Assembly (NCBI GenBank): GCA_016839765.1
Contig: JAEOTP010000077.1
Coordinates: 1-60,188, forward strand
Source of the DNA: Promethearchaeota archaeon
GTDB taxonomy: Archaea > Asgardarchaeota > Lokiarchaeia > Sigyniarchaeales > SOKP01
DNA length: 60,188 bases
Direction: 5' to 3'
In this document: piece by piece, positions 29,462 through 40,302 of the stretch
How positions within the stretch are numbered: position 1 is the first letter of the stretch
Layout of the letters: each line of letters begins with the position of its first letter
The notes under the pieces: generated by a model
Told to the model about the DNA's origin: nothing
Database searches by the model: none
The model's input: the letters and a program-made list of their open reading frames with translations, nothing else
Made by a program: the position numbers and the translations under genes

Positions 29462-30531
29462 GCAGATCTGAAATTTTTTTTAATTATTTATTTTTAATAT
29501 TTACTTTTTAGGAAGTTATTCCGAAAATTTTGTGTTTTTGGTTTTTAAATTCTTAATTAAACATTAATTCACTTCTTATTTTTACTATGAAAATAAATTA
29601 AATATAATAAGAATAAATTTCACTATTATTTCAAAGTATATTTTAGTAGATTATATTAATTGAAGGATAAAAAGCAGTTTGGTGATTTTATATGCCTCGC
29701 AAAGTTAGTTTAATGGAACTTGATGATCTAGAAAAACAACTAAGAGAACATAAAAGTGAATTAAGCCTTACTCAAGCCGATCTCAATTCAACTAAGGATG
29801 CTCTTGAAAAGGCAGTTAAAGAGCTTAATACAACTAAAGAGACAGTAGATAATACAAAATCTGAGTTGAAAGAGATAAAGACAGTATTGGATGATGAAAA
29901 AACTCTCAGTAAAGATAAAGATGATACCATCAGCAATTTGACCTCTGAAAAAGAAAACTTAAAATCTGATCTTATTAAAGCCAACTCTAAAGTAAGTGAG
30001 CTGGAAGAAAAATTATCTAAAGTAGAACCAGATTTAGAATCTGCTAATTCAAGAATTTCTGATTTAGAAACTCAATTAACTGAGGCTCAAAATAGTTTAG
30101 CATCGAGTAAAGATCAAATTAGTAATTTAACTTCAGAAGTTCAAGAAATTCAAGAATTAAATTCTAAACTCACAAGACTTCAAGAAGAAAATAATGATTT
30201 AAACGGACAAATAGGTGAATTAAATAATCTTATACTCAAAAAAGATAATCAAATTCAAGAACTTTCAAGTAGTCTGGAAGAAAAGGATAAATTAGTTCAA
30301 GCTCAAATTGCTCATATAGAAGAAATCGAAGGTGAACTTCAAGAATTGAAACCACCTGAAATTGGTGCGGGAGAATTTGTTAGCGAGGAAAGGATTACTT
30401 GTCCGATGTGCGGAGCAGTTGGTGGGAATATTAAGAATATTGAAGATAAGTCAAAAATCTTATCCTATGTAGGCCACATCCCAATGTACGCGAAGAAGCA
30501 CGTTTGTAAAAAATGTGGCTACGAATTCTGA
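28673..30531 (+). repeat. Direct tandem gene duplication (about 28673-29461 vs 29722-30531)
   Basis: Long identical DNA blocks, e.g. gatgataccatcagcaatttgacctctgaaaaagaaaa and tagcgaggaaaggattacttgtccgatgtgcggagcagttgg, in both copies. Confidence 0.9.
29692..30531 (+). CDS. Long coiled-coil protein with C-terminal Zn ribbon (copy B)
   Basis: Near-colinear paralog of copy A with a different N-terminus; GGTGA SD. Confidence 0.85.
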   Translation: MPRKVSLMELDDLEKQLREHKSELSLTQADLNSTKDALEKAVKELNTTKETVDNTKSELKEIKTVLDDEKTLSKDKDDTISNLTSEKENLKSDLIKANSKVSELEEKLSKVEPDLESANSRISDLETQLTEAQNSLASSKDQISNLTSEVQEIQELNSKLTRLQEENNDLNGQIGELNNLILKKDNQIQELSSSLEEKDKLVQAQIAHIEEIEGELQELKPPEIGAGEFVSEERITCPMCGAVGGNIKNIEDKSKILSYVGHIPMYAKKHVCKKCGYEF

Positions 30532-30607
30532 AAATGTTTTATTCTTTTTTTTTTAAATTTTATTCGTTCTTAAACTTTTATTAGCATTGAAAGTTATTAA
30601 TACAATC

Positions 30608-31912
30608 ATGGATAATAAAAAAAAATATATTGGGTCATTACCCCAAAAAGAATTACTCAAGTTATATGCGAAACATGTTAATGGTCCAAAAGTTCGATTT
30701 TTCAAGGCTGCTGGTTTAGGAGTAATCCCTGGTGAAAGAAAAGGTATTATGCTTAAAACTTTAGCTGGTCCAAGACAAACAGATCCTCCATTAGAAATTT
30801 ATAATTGTCGTTCTTCAGGAGGAGTTTTTAATCTGGGGCATTGTAATCCAACGATAGTTAGAACTCTTAAAGAAGCCTTAGATGCTGGGTTAGATCTTGG
30901 TGATCACCAATTATTATCAGAACAGAGGGCTCTTTTGGGTAAAAAAATGGCAGAATTATTACCCGGAGATATTAGCAAAACTACATTTGGGGTAAGTGGA
31001 GGTGAAGCAATAGATTGTGCCATAAAATTTTCGAGAGCATATACCAAAAGAAAAGAATGCGTTTCCACTATAGGAGGATATCATGGTCATACTGGGTTTG
31101 CTTTAGCTACCGGAGATCCAAATTTCAGAGATAATTTTTTATGGAGTTTCCCTGAATTTAAACAAGTCCCTTTTGGAGATGCAGAAGCTATGAGAAATGC
31201 TGTAGGAGAAAATACAGCCTGCGTTATATTCGAGACAATTCCAGCAACAGCTGGTGTCTTACTTGCATCAAAAGGTTATTTTTCAGAAGTGCGAGAAATA
31301 TGCAATGAAACAGGCGCTATGATGATTATTGATGAGGTCCAAGCTGGCCTGGGGAGAACAGGCCATATGTGGGCCATTTATGGAGGGGTATATCCAGATG
31401 AAAAGGTAATTCCCGATTTTATGGTTTTAAGTAAAGGAATGAGTGCGGGAATCTATCCCTTATCTACTTGTAGTTATAAACCATTCATAGAAAAAGCCGT
31501 ATTCAAGGATGACCCTTTCATTCATATTTCCACGACAGGAGGTGCTGAGTTAGGATGCGTTGTTGCGCTAAAAATGTTAGAAATTCAATCAGATCCAAAG
31601 TTTTTAGATCACGTAAGAAAAATGGGAACAATTTTTGGTGAAGGGCTTGAGAAAATCAAACAGGAGTATTCTGATTTAATTAAAGAAGTGAGAGGAAGAG
31701 GTCTGATGTGGGGTGTTGAATTCTATGAAGAAGAAGATAGTCTATTAGCGATGATTTCTATTATAAAAGAGGGTGTATTATTGAACTACTGTGGAAATAA
31801 AAAAGATACATTAATTATTATGCCCCCCTTAATAGTAGAGAAGGGTGATTTAGAAGAAATTTTAATAAGAATTAGTAGAGGGGTCTTAAAATTAAAAAAT
31901 TTAAAGAAATGA
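30608..31912 (+). CDS. Class III PLP-dependent aminotransferase
   Basis: SGGEA, GYHG, IDEVQAGLGRTG, LSKG, RGRGLM; ATG 30608 preferred over TTG 30587. Confidence 0.9.
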   Translation: MDNKKKYIGSLPQKELLKLYAKHVNGPKVRFFKAAGLGVIPGERKGIMLKTLAGPRQTDPPLEIYNCRSSGGVFNLGHCNPTIVRTLKEALDAGLDLGDHQLLSEQRALLGKKMAELLPGDISKTTFGVSGGEAIDCAIKFSRAYTKRKECVSTIGGYHGHTGFALATGDPNFRDNFLWSFPEFKQVPFGDAEAMRNAVGENTACVIFETIPATAGVLLASKGYFSEVREICNETGAMMIIDEVQAGLGRTGHMWAIYGGVYPDEKVIPDFMVLSKGMSAGIYPLSTCSYKPFIEKAVFKDDPFIHISTTGGAELGCVVALKMLEIQSDPKFLDHVRKMGTIFGEGLEKIKQEYSDLIKEVRGRGLMWGVEFYEEEDSLLAMISIIKEGVLLNYCGNKKDTLIIMPPLIVEKGDLEEILIRISRGVLKLKNLKK

Positions 31913-31973
31913 TACTTTAAATAATTCTTTAAATTTTTTTATAAAAAAAATTAAGTGGAGTTTAAAAAATATC

Positions 31974-33392
31974 TTACATTTTTGATTTTTTTTCTTGATG
32001 AATTTTTTCTCGTTGTGCTTTTACCTGCTTTAATCTCTCGCCATCTAAGGGATAAAAGTATATCGCTATAATCGCAATTACTAAAGCTATTGCGGGATAA
32101 ATAAACATTAAACTAAGAAGACCAAATTCAATTTCAGGAGTAATACTTCCTGTAAAATATTGATAATCAGCAATTAGAAAGACAGGACCTATAATAAGGA
32201 ATACAAAAACAGTAGCAAATCGTTGAAAGAAAATATTCACACCATAATACCCACCTTCTCTACGTACTCCCGTCTTTACCTCGTCCTCATCAATTATATC
32301 TGCTATAATTATGTCAATGATATATAATGAACCCGATAAACCAATCCCTATCAAGAAAAATACAATAAATGCAATTACTTCTAAAAATGGCATAGTTGAA
32401 TTAAGGAAAAATAACGGAGCAAGAGAAATAATCCATACACTCATTGATATTAGCCATGATTTTCTTGGACCTAATCTTTGAACTAATGGTTTCCATAAGA
32501 GGGTCATAAAAAGTGCTGCTGATAAGAATGTTGCGCCCAATAATAAAGAAATCATTAATGGGTTTTCAAATCCTAAAATAAATTCACCATATAAAGGGAC
32601 TATCACAGGTAGCATCCCATATACAAACCAATTTGCTATTTCTGCAGGGATATATCTCATAAAGCTTTTACTTTTGACACAAATTTTAAGCGTATTAAAA
32701 AAATTTGGAGCTTTTTTATAATCCTCGCGAAATTCAACCCTTTCTTTTGGAGAAAATTTTATAAAGAGCAACCCCGGTATTATAACCACAATTGCTACGA
32801 TTATTCCATAAAGAGGATATTCTCCTGGTTGTGGACTTGTATAACTTGAAATAAATAGCCCAGGCATAATAAAAGCGGCGATTAATCCAAAGATTGCAAA
32901 TAATTGCCTAACATTATTACCCTTTGTTCTTTCTTCCTCAGTAATGAAAATTTCAGGATATAAAGCAGTATAATTAATGTCATACATCGTAAAAAATAGT
33001 TCAAAAACAATGATAATGACAAGAAAGTATATATAATTCACGATAATATCGGTAAATCCCCAACTAGCTGGTGGTGTGAATAGCAAGAACAATATTAATG
33101 CAATAGGGAACAGAGAAACCATTATCCAAGGAAAGCGACGCCCATATTTGGTATGAGTTCTATCTGAAAAATGTCCAATAAATGTATCATTGAAGCTATT
33201 CCAAATTGACCATATAATAAAACCAAAAGATATCCAAAAAATTTCGATTCTAACGACAGCAAAATAAAATGTGAATGTAAGAAATATAAATGATTGATAA
33301 GATGCAATATCTGATAATTGTCCAATTCCGTATGCAGCTGCCCGTTTATATGAGAATTTTTTCAGTTCTAATTTCGAATTTTCATTAACCAT
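31974..33392 (-). CDS. GPH-family (MelB-like) MFS transporter
   Basis: About 12 TM; SDRTHTKYGRRFPW, ADIIDEDEVKTGVRREGGYYG, YPL. Confidence 0.9.
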   Translation of the reverse strand: MVNENSKLELKKFSYKRAAAYGIGQLSDIASYQSFIFLTFTFYFAVVRIEIFWISFGFIIWSIWNSFNDTFIGHFSDRTHTKYGRRFPWIMVSLFPIALILFLLFTPPASWGFTDIIVNYIYFLVIIIVFELFFTMYDINYTALYPEIFITEEERTKGNNVRQLFAIFGLIAAFIMPGLFISSYTSPQPGEYPLYGIIVAIVVIIPGLLFIKFSPKERVEFREDYKKAPNFFNTLKICVKSKSFMRYIPAEIANWFVYGMLPVIVPLYGEFILGFENPLMISLLLGATFLSAALFMTLLWKPLVQRLGPRKSWLISMSVWIISLAPLFFLNSTMPFLEVIAFIVFFLIGIGLSGSLYIIDIIIADIIDEDEVKTGVRREGGYYGVNIFFQRFATVFVFLIIGPVFLIADYQYFTGSITPEIEFGLLSLMFIYPAIALVIAIIAIYFYPLDGERLKQVKAQREKIHQEKKSKM

Positions 33393-33545
33393 AAAATTTC
33401 ACAATAATTTTTTTATAGGATGATATTATTTCTCTTATCTCTTAATAAATTTTTTATTATTATTTAAGATATTATACAACAATTGTTATAGAATAAGATT
33501 AATCATAAAGAAATCTTGAATTGTAATGATCTCTAATCAATTTCG

Positions 33546-34994
33546 ATGGTTAAAATGGATTTAGAAAAATTATTCAAACCTAAGTCAATGGCAGTCGTTG
33601 GTATTTCAAAAAAAAATCCCTTAAGTCCCGGAAGAATCGTTTTACTAAAAAATGAATTCGAAATGAATGTTAAAGTTTACGGAATCTATCCAACTGGAGG
33701 AGATATAGAGGGAGTTCAATTATATGAAAATTTAGAAAAATTGCCTGAAATTCCTGATCTTCTTGTAATCGCCGTAGGACCTGATGATACTTTAGGATAC
33801 ATTCAAAACTGCGCTGATCTAAATATTCCAGCAGCTGTTATAATAGGTGGAGGTTTTGCAGAAATAGGTATAAAAGGTAAGAAAAGACAAGACAAGTTAG
33901 AAAAAGTTGCATTTGATAATAATATTGCGGTGCTTGGTCCTAATTGTCTTGGAGTGTACGCTCCTCCATTGGTTGATACAATATTCTTACCTACAGAACG
34001 TATTACGCGCCCACCAAAAGGTTCCGTGGCATTGATTAGCCAGAGTGGGGGTGTGTTAGTTGATCAATTCTTTGTGAAGTTTAATGAAAGAAATATAGGT
34101 GTTTCCACAGCAGTTTCGATTGGGAATCGGGCTGTTGTTGATGAAGTTATGTTACTTGATTATTTTAGTAAGGTTGATCCTGATACGTCTAATATCGCAT
34201 TCTATTTAGAAGGTTTTAAGGAGGGTCGGGCAAGGGAATTTTTAAGACTTGCAAGGGAATCTGAAGATACGGTTATTGTATTTTTTGGAGGAAAAACACG
34301 GGAAGGAAAAGTAGCTACGCTTTCTCATACAGCTAGTTTAGCCGGGGATTTCAAGATTATGTATTCCGCTTTAAGACAGAATATGGTTATTTTGCCGCAT
34401 TCTGAGAGAGAATTATTAACTTCTCTGAAAGTGTATGATGTTCTCTCTCATCGAAAAAATCCTTTCGGTGATAACGTTATCACCTATGGTAATGTTGCAA
34501 TCGTTTCAGTATCTGGTGGTCATGGAGTACTTGCAGCAGATATGTTAAGAACATACGGGTTAAACCGTGTTGATTTTAATAAGGAAGAAAAAAATCAAAT
34601 GAAAGCGTTGATGAATCCTGTAGCACGAGAAATCGCATCATTCAACAATCCAATAGATTTAACCGGATCTGTTTTAGATACTGATATTGAAAATATAATT
34701 AGATATTTATCTGATATTGAAAGAATAGAGTGCATTATCCTCCTATTACTACCCTATCCACCAAATATATCTTTCCAAATCGGGAGGAGAATCGCAAATA
34801 TTATATCAACAAAGAGAAAACCCGTTGTTTGTTTTGTTCCCTATGTACCAAAATATTCCTTGATAATTGAATCATTGGAATTAGCTTACATTCCAGTTTT
34901 TCATTCCATAAAAGAGGCAGTTCAAGCTGTTTCTGCCCTAAAACAACGTACAAGAATTGATAGCGTTAAGAAAGGAAATGTTTATTGGGACTGA
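33546..34994 (+). CDS. ADP-forming acyl-CoA synthetase, alpha-type subunit
   Basis: LFKPKSMAVVG, GGFAE, GPNCLG, SQSGG, SHTASLAG (phospho-His), NPIDLTG. Confidence 0.88.
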   Translation: MVKMDLEKLFKPKSMAVVGISKKNPLSPGRIVLLKNEFEMNVKVYGIYPTGGDIEGVQLYENLEKLPEIPDLLVIAVGPDDTLGYIQNCADLNIPAAVIIGGGFAEIGIKGKKRQDKLEKVAFDNNIAVLGPNCLGVYAPPLVDTIFLPTERITRPPKGSVALISQSGGVLVDQFFVKFNERNIGVSTAVSIGNRAVVDEVMLLDYFSKVDPDTSNIAFYLEGFKEGRAREFLRLARESEDTVIVFFGGKTREGKVATLSHTASLAGDFKIMYSALRQNMVILPHSERELLTSLKVYDVLSHRKNPFGDNVITYGNVAIVSVSGGHGVLAADMLRTYGLNRVDFNKEEKNQMKALMNPVAREIASFNNPIDLTGSVLDTDIENIIRYLSDIERIECIILLLLPYPPNISFQIGRRIANIISTKRKPVVCFVPYVPKYSLIIESLELAYIPVFHSIKEAVQAVSALKQRTRIDSVKKGNVYWD

Positions 34995-35100
34995 ATTTTC
35001 TATTTTTTTTATTAGAATAACTTTTAGTAATTTATGTGTATTATGATAAACAATTTCATAAAATTATTTTTATATAATTAGTCAAAAAAGGTAAGCTATT

Positions 35101-35985
35101 ATGAATGAAAAAATTGGGTGGATAGGTACAGGTGTTATGGGAAAGTCAATGTGTATGCATATTTTAAAAGCGGGATATGAAATATTTGTGTATAATCGGA
35201 CAAAAGAAAAAGCAAGAGAATTGATTAAGGCGGGTGCTAAGTGGTGTTCTAGTCCTAAAGAAGTAGCTAAACAATGTGATATTATTTTCACAATTGTAGG
35301 ATTTCCCCAAGATGTAAAGGAAGTATATCTTGGTGAAAATGGAATTTTAGGTGGTATTGAAAAGGGGTCAATAATTGTGGATATGACTACTTCGGAACCC
35401 ACATTAGCTCAAACAATCTACGAAAAGGCAAGGAAATTAGCTGTTTCTTCTATAGATGCTCCTGTATCAGGTGGGGATGTTGGAGCTCGCGAAGCTACTT
35501 TAGCAATTATGGCAGGCGGAGATAATGAAACTTATGATAAAATTTTACCCTTTTTTAAATTGATGGGAAAAAATATTGCATACATGGGTAAGGCAGGAGC
35601 AGGGCAGCATACTAAAATGAGCAACCAAATTCTTATTGCTACAACTATGATAGGTGTTGTCGAATCTTTATTATATGCATATAGAGCTGGAAATGATTTA
35701 AATGAAGTAATTAATGTAATTGGAAAAGGTGCTGCTGGATGTTGGTCAATCAACAATTTGGGCCCAAGAATTGTGGATGGTAATTTTGATCCGGGATTTT
35801 ATATAAAGCATTTTATCAAAGATATGGGGATAGCGCTACAAGAAGCCAAACAAATGAATTTATCTTTGCCAGGACTAGCCCTTGCTTATCAATTTTATAT
35901 TTCAGCTACAGCTATGGGATTAGAGAACCTCGGAACTCAAGGTCTTTATAAGGTATTTGTTAAAATGAACGGAATAGAGATATAA
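35101..35985 (+). CDS. Beta-hydroxyacid dehydrogenase (3-hydroxyisobutyrate/GarR family)
   Basis: IGWIGTGVMG, YNRT, DAPVSGG, GAGQHTKMSNQ, FIKDM. Confidence 0.92.
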   Translation: MNEKIGWIGTGVMGKSMCMHILKAGYEIFVYNRTKEKARELIKAGAKWCSSPKEVAKQCDIIFTIVGFPQDVKEVYLGENGILGGIEKGSIIVDMTTSEPTLAQTIYEKARKLAVSSIDAPVSGGDVGAREATLAIMAGGDNETYDKILPFFKLMGKNIAYMGKAGAGQHTKMSNQILIATTMIGVVESLLYAYRAGNDLNEVINVIGKGAAGCWSINNLGPRIVDGNFDPGFYIKHFIKDMGIALQEAKQMNLSLPGLALAYQFYISATAMGLENLGTQGLYKVFVKMNGIEI

Positions 35986-36004
35986 ATAATAAATGTTCTC
36001 TAGA

Positions 36005-36820
36005 TTAAGAGACATCAATTACTTTTTCAATTTGTTTAATTGATTTTAGCACAAAATTTTTCTCTTTTATTGTAAGTTTAATAGCATTCTGAGGACATAC
36101 ATCGACACATCGTCCGCATCCGCGACATTCTAAACTAATTTCTGCACGATTGTTATTTATATGAATTGCATCGACAAAACATATATCTTTTAAACAGGTA
36201 CCACAGCCAATGCAAGCATCTGTCACTTTTACTTCTACTCCCGGCATTTTCTGTATTTTTGAACCGATCATTGGTGCTAGAACGGGTGAAACTCTCCATA
36301 AACAACAACAAGGATCACAATTACAAATTGAAAGTAGTTTATTACCTGGATTTACTCCTAACCATTGCTTATCCAATAAATTTCGCCCTATCATATGAAC
36401 TAAACCTGCTTCTCTGCATTTTTTTATATGCCCAAGAGCTTCTTCTTTTGTTACTAGCCTTCCTAATTGAGGATTAATTCCTAAGACAGCCTCTCCTAAG
36501 AATAAACAGCCTAGATCACGGGGATAATTTTCACATTGCATAGATTCCCTACAAATACAAAAATTCATTATCCAATGGTATTTAGATTTATGAATAAAAT
36601 ATTCTAAAACTTGAGATGGGAGAACTATGTCTGATTGCTTTTCAATCTCTTTATTTATAGCAATAACCTTATCTAATGGTAAATAAATGATATCATCCCC
36701 TTTGAATAACAAGAAATCGAATAAATTACCAAGAATCGGAATCCTAGTTAGTTTGGCTATAAATTTTATATTAGGAAATACTTTTTTTAGTAATTTAACA
36801 AACCATAGAGGCCTTGCCAT
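36005..36820 (-). CDS. Cys-rich 4Fe-4S ferredoxin-domain protein
   Basis: CICR, GCLFLG, ICNCDPCCC, plus CIGCGTC...C and CRGCGRCVDVCP. Confidence 0.85.
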   Translation of the reverse strand: MARPLWFVKLLKKVFPNIKFIAKLTRIPILGNLFDFLLFKGDDIIYLPLDKVIAINKEIEKQSDIVLPSQVLEYFIHKSKYHWIMNFCICRESMQCENYPRDLGCLFLGEAVLGINPQLGRLVTKEEALGHIKKCREAGLVHMIGRNLLDKQWLGVNPGNKLLSICNCDPCCCLWRVSPVLAPMIGSKIQKMPGVEVKVTDACIGCGTCLKDICFVDAIHINNNRAEISLECRGCGRCVDVCPQNAIKLTIKEKNFVLKSIKQIEKVIDVS

Positions 36821-37001
36821 AAAAATTTCACAAGGTTTATCTTCAATTTAATGATAAAATTGAATATCTTTTATTAGATTTTAAATTTTTTATATATTCC
36901 ATTAAATCTGCTCTTTATTTATATTTTAAAATAAACAGTGAGTGTATCGTCTTGATAATAATGTATAAATTAAGAATTCAATAGTTTATCGTGTAATATC
37001 T

Positions 37002-38411
37002 TTAATCAATAGAATTACTGAATTTATCATCATATAATATTTTAATCTCTTTCTTCAACTTTTTTAATTTCTCACCTTTTAATGGATAGAAATACATAAG
37101 AATTATCGAAATTGCTACAAAAATTAATGGAACCAAGGCAGCTCCCAAACGTATACCCAAAATTGCATTTTGCGATTGAATAGGTTTACTACCATCATAC
37201 CCAAAATAGTCTAAAAATAGGGTAAAAATGAAGATTAAAATAGACTTAGAAAGAGCTACACAAATAGCATTGATTCCAAAAAATATTCCTTCATTTCTTG
37301 AATTTGTTCTTAATTCATATTCATCAGCAATATTACCAATTAAGGGCATTATTAAAATCCAATGAGCGTTCGTTCCTACTATTATAAATATGTAGCTCAT
37401 AACCATTAACCAATAGTTTTTAATGATCAATAAGCTAAGACATCCTAATAAAGTTAGACTCAAAAAAATAATAAGCGTTTGGTTAACACCTATCCTTTTA
37501 CTTGTTAATCTTACAACAAGATAAGCAATAAAGGCTGCTGGAAGTGAAATAGCTCCTGCTAAAGTAGCTAATAAACCTGATACCTGAATAACATCATCAA
37601 TGTAATAAAATAAGAAAGTCAAATATGTTTGAGCCACACCGCTCATTAGAAATGTGTAACAAATAAAAATAATAAAAGCCCGTGATTTAAAAGTCTCTTT
37701 AATGATATGTTTTAGATTAAGGAAATCTCTATCTTTATAAATTCCTAAAGGTTCTTTTAAACCCTTTATTCCATAGATTAAAAAAAAAGTACTAGTAAGA
37801 CCTAAACCACTAAACATTAGAAGAATAGCTATAATTGGAGTATCTTTAGTTAAAAAATATAATGGGAGAAGGTAAGAAAGAACTCCTAAAAGAGTTTGAA
37901 ATATCATACTAACAATTACGATTGAAGACCTTTCATTATCATCATCTGTAATTGACACTAATAAACTATTTCTGTTAATCATAAAAATGGTTAATCCAGT
38001 ATCAAAAAGAAATAAACCTGTTAATAATATGAAAAAAATAAGAATCTGATCCCATGTTGGATTTACTAAATACAACAAAAAAAATCCCCCTATTAGAAAG
38101 GGTAATGATTTCCACATCCAGTGAAGTCTTTTTCCTTTACCTTCTATCGGTCTCTTTTTATCTGAATAATAACCAAAAAGGGGATCATTTATAGCATTCC
38201 AAAAACCGTATAACAAATATACAATTCCAAATAAAACCTCGGGAAATAAAATAAAATCAGTATAATAGGTTAGTAGTGAAAAATCAATCAGACTTTGTGC
38301 TAATGTAGCACCTGCAATTGAAATTCCAAAATATGATTTTTGATTAAAGGAGACTTTATGACTAGATATAGTAATTTCACTTTTTACCTTCTTCCTTCTT
38401 CCAAGAACCAT
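37002..38411 (-). CDS. GPH-family MFS transporter
   Basis: WNAINDPLFGYYSD, IADEYELRTNSRNEGIFFG, YPL. Confidence 0.9.
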   Translation of the reverse strand: MVLGRRKKVKSEITISSHKVSFNQKSYFGISIAGATLAQSLIDFSLLTYYTDFILFPEVLFGIVYLLYGFWNAINDPLFGYYSDKKRPIEGKGKRLHWMWKSLPFLIGGFFLLYLVNPTWDQILIFFILLTGLFLFDTGLTIFMINRNSLLVSITDDDNERSSIVIVSMIFQTLLGVLSYLLPLYFLTKDTPIIAILLMFSGLGLTSTFFLIYGIKGLKEPLGIYKDRDFLNLKHIIKETFKSRAFIIFICYTFLMSGVAQTYLTFLFYYIDDVIQVSGLLATLAGAISLPAAFIAYLVVRLTSKRIGVNQTLIIFLSLTLLGCLSLLIIKNYWLMVMSYIFIIVGTNAHWILIMPLIGNIADEYELRTNSRNEGIFFGINAICVALSKSILIFIFTLFLDYFGYDGSKPIQSQNAILGIRLGAALVPLIFVAISIILMYFYPLKGEKLKKLKKEIKILYDDKFSNSID

Positions 38412-38502
38412 TAAATATAATATTATTTCTTTCGGTTAAATAGATTAATATAAAGAGGAGAATAAATGAATTAAATAAAATCCTTAATATTTACTTTTAA
38501 TA

Positions 38503-39078
38503 TTATTGTTTCCATTTTGGGTTATCTATTATTTCTGGTTTTCCATCTCTTTCAATTATTAATTTTCGAAAACCTTTTGTTTCAATAGTTTTATAATCAT
38601 GTCCTGCATCTGCTCTAAATGCAAAAAACATAATTAATGGTTCATTATTATCAATATTAATACTTCTATGAGCAAATCTGGGAGGTACATAAACAGAAAG
38701 TCCTGGCTTCATTTCCTGGAATTCAACTTCACCCTCAGGATTTTCCATCAATAAGTATCCATGACCTTTAATACAGTAATATATTTCAGCAGTATCAATT
38801 TTCGCATGAAAATGTCCTTTTGTCATGAAATATTCATTACCTACTTTACCAGGATAAAGAATAGTGGTTCCATACGCTAATTCTCCAGGATTTTCTGGCA
38901 TTCCTAAATCATAAAACTCATATACTACAATATCACCCGAATTTAGCATTTCTTTTAATTTACTATTATCAAGATACATTCCTTCCATATCAGACAGAAT
39001 TCTTTTTATTGAATTTCTATCAGGTGATAATCCATTATCAAGACTAAACTTTATAATGAAGGATTTTTCATTTTTCAC
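38503..39078 (-). CDS. Cupin-type glucose-6-phosphate isomerase family protein
   Basis: TILYPGKVGNEYFMTKGHFH, EIYYC, YVPPRFAHRSIN, AGHDY. Confidence 0.88.
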   Translation of the reverse strand: MKNEKSFIIKFSLDNGLSPDRNSIKRILSDMEGMYLDNSKLKEMLNSGDIVVYEFYDLGMPENPGELAYGTTILYPGKVGNEYFMTKGHFHAKIDTAEIYYCIKGHGYLLMENPEGEVEFQEMKPGLSVYVPPRFAHRSINIDNNEPLIMFFAFRADAGHDYKTIETKGFRKLIIERDGKPEIIDNPKWKQ

Positions 39079-39305
39079 TTTTTCCGCCTCATTTCTTATC
39101 TTGCTTCTGCAACAATTCTATATATTTCACCAAATTTTGGTTCGTTAGTTAGTATCCCCATGGCGTCCATGAAAAAAAAACCCTTTAAAAATAAAAAGTT
39201 AACTAAACAGTACTTAAAATTGTTATCAATTCAATGATATCACAAGATAATTTTATATAGATTAGAAATGTAAATTTTATTTACTTACATCGGATTAAAA
39301 AAAAC

Positions 39306-40268
39306 ATGAAAATCAATATTGACCTTTTAAGAGAGTTAGAACAATCTATTGACATATTTCATCCAGAAAAAGGAAAAATCCCTATAAAAATGTTAGGTTT
39401 TGGAGAAATAAGTTTAGTTTTTAAAATATTAGATGATTCTGAACATTTAGCTTATAAAAGAATCCCAATATTTGATAATGAGCACCAAGTAAAACGCCAT
39501 ATATGGGCTTATAGAGAATATAATAAACTCCTTAAGGAGAGAGTTGGGTTAAACCTTCCGGATTATGATGTTGCGTGGTTTAAAGATCAGGAAGGAAAAA
39601 TTCAGTTTTATTGTGTTCAAAAGAAAATCAACTCAGATTCTGTTGGAAATAGAGTTATCCATGTTTTAAAGAATGATGAAATTAAAACTTTAGTGCTTTT
39701 GGTGATGAGAGAGTTAAAAAAAGTATGGGGATTTAGTAAGAAAAATAGCGTTATAGATTTAGGTCTTGATGGGCAAATTTCTAACTTTGCCATAATTAAC
39801 TATGACCCGAACAACCCCAAAGTGAATTTAGATACAAAATTATATTATTTAGATACGAGCACTCCAATGATAAGAGTTAATGGAATAGAAGCAATGGAAG
39901 CGGTACTTTTTCTAAAAAGTGCCCCTTCTTTTTTGAGATGGCTACTAAAAGCCCTTTTTCTTGAAGAAACAGTTGGAAGATATTATGAATGGAGAAAAGT
40001 TACCATAGATCTTATTGCAAATTTCTTTAAAGAACAAAGACCTGAATTAATACCTAGTTTAATTAGACTGGTAAATAAATTTTTTAGAGAAGAAGCTCCT
40101 GAATTTGAAATAGAGCCTATAACCTTTGAAGAAGTTCAGAAATACTACAAAAGTGATAAGAATATATGGGTTATCTTCCAAAGTGTAAGGAAATTTGATC
40201 GATATCTTAAAACAAAAGTATTTAAGAAAAAATATGACTTCTATCTTCCAGAGAAAATAAAAAGATGA
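39306..40268 (+). CDS. Uncharacterised protein with protein-kinase-like motifs (DUF6206-like)
   Basis: LGFGEISLVF (Gly loop), AYKR, LDGQISNF (catalytic loop), YLDTS. Confidence 0.6.
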   Translation: MKINIDLLRELEQSIDIFHPEKGKIPIKMLGFGEISLVFKILDDSEHLAYKRIPIFDNEHQVKRHIWAYREYNKLLKERVGLNLPDYDVAWFKDQEGKIQFYCVQKKINSDSVGNRVIHVLKNDEIKTLVLLVMRELKKVWGFSKKNSVIDLGLDGQISNFAIINYDPNNPKVNLDTKLYYLDTSTPMIRVNGIEAMEAVLFLKSAPSFLRWLLKALFLEETVGRYYEWRKVTIDLIANFFKEQRPELIPSLIRLVNKFFREEAPEFEIEPITFEEVQKYYKSDKNIWVIFQSVRKFDRYLKTKVFKKKYDFYLPEKIKR

Positions 40269-40302
40269 AGTTTTTACTCCTTTTCATTTAAAACTTAAAC
40301 TA

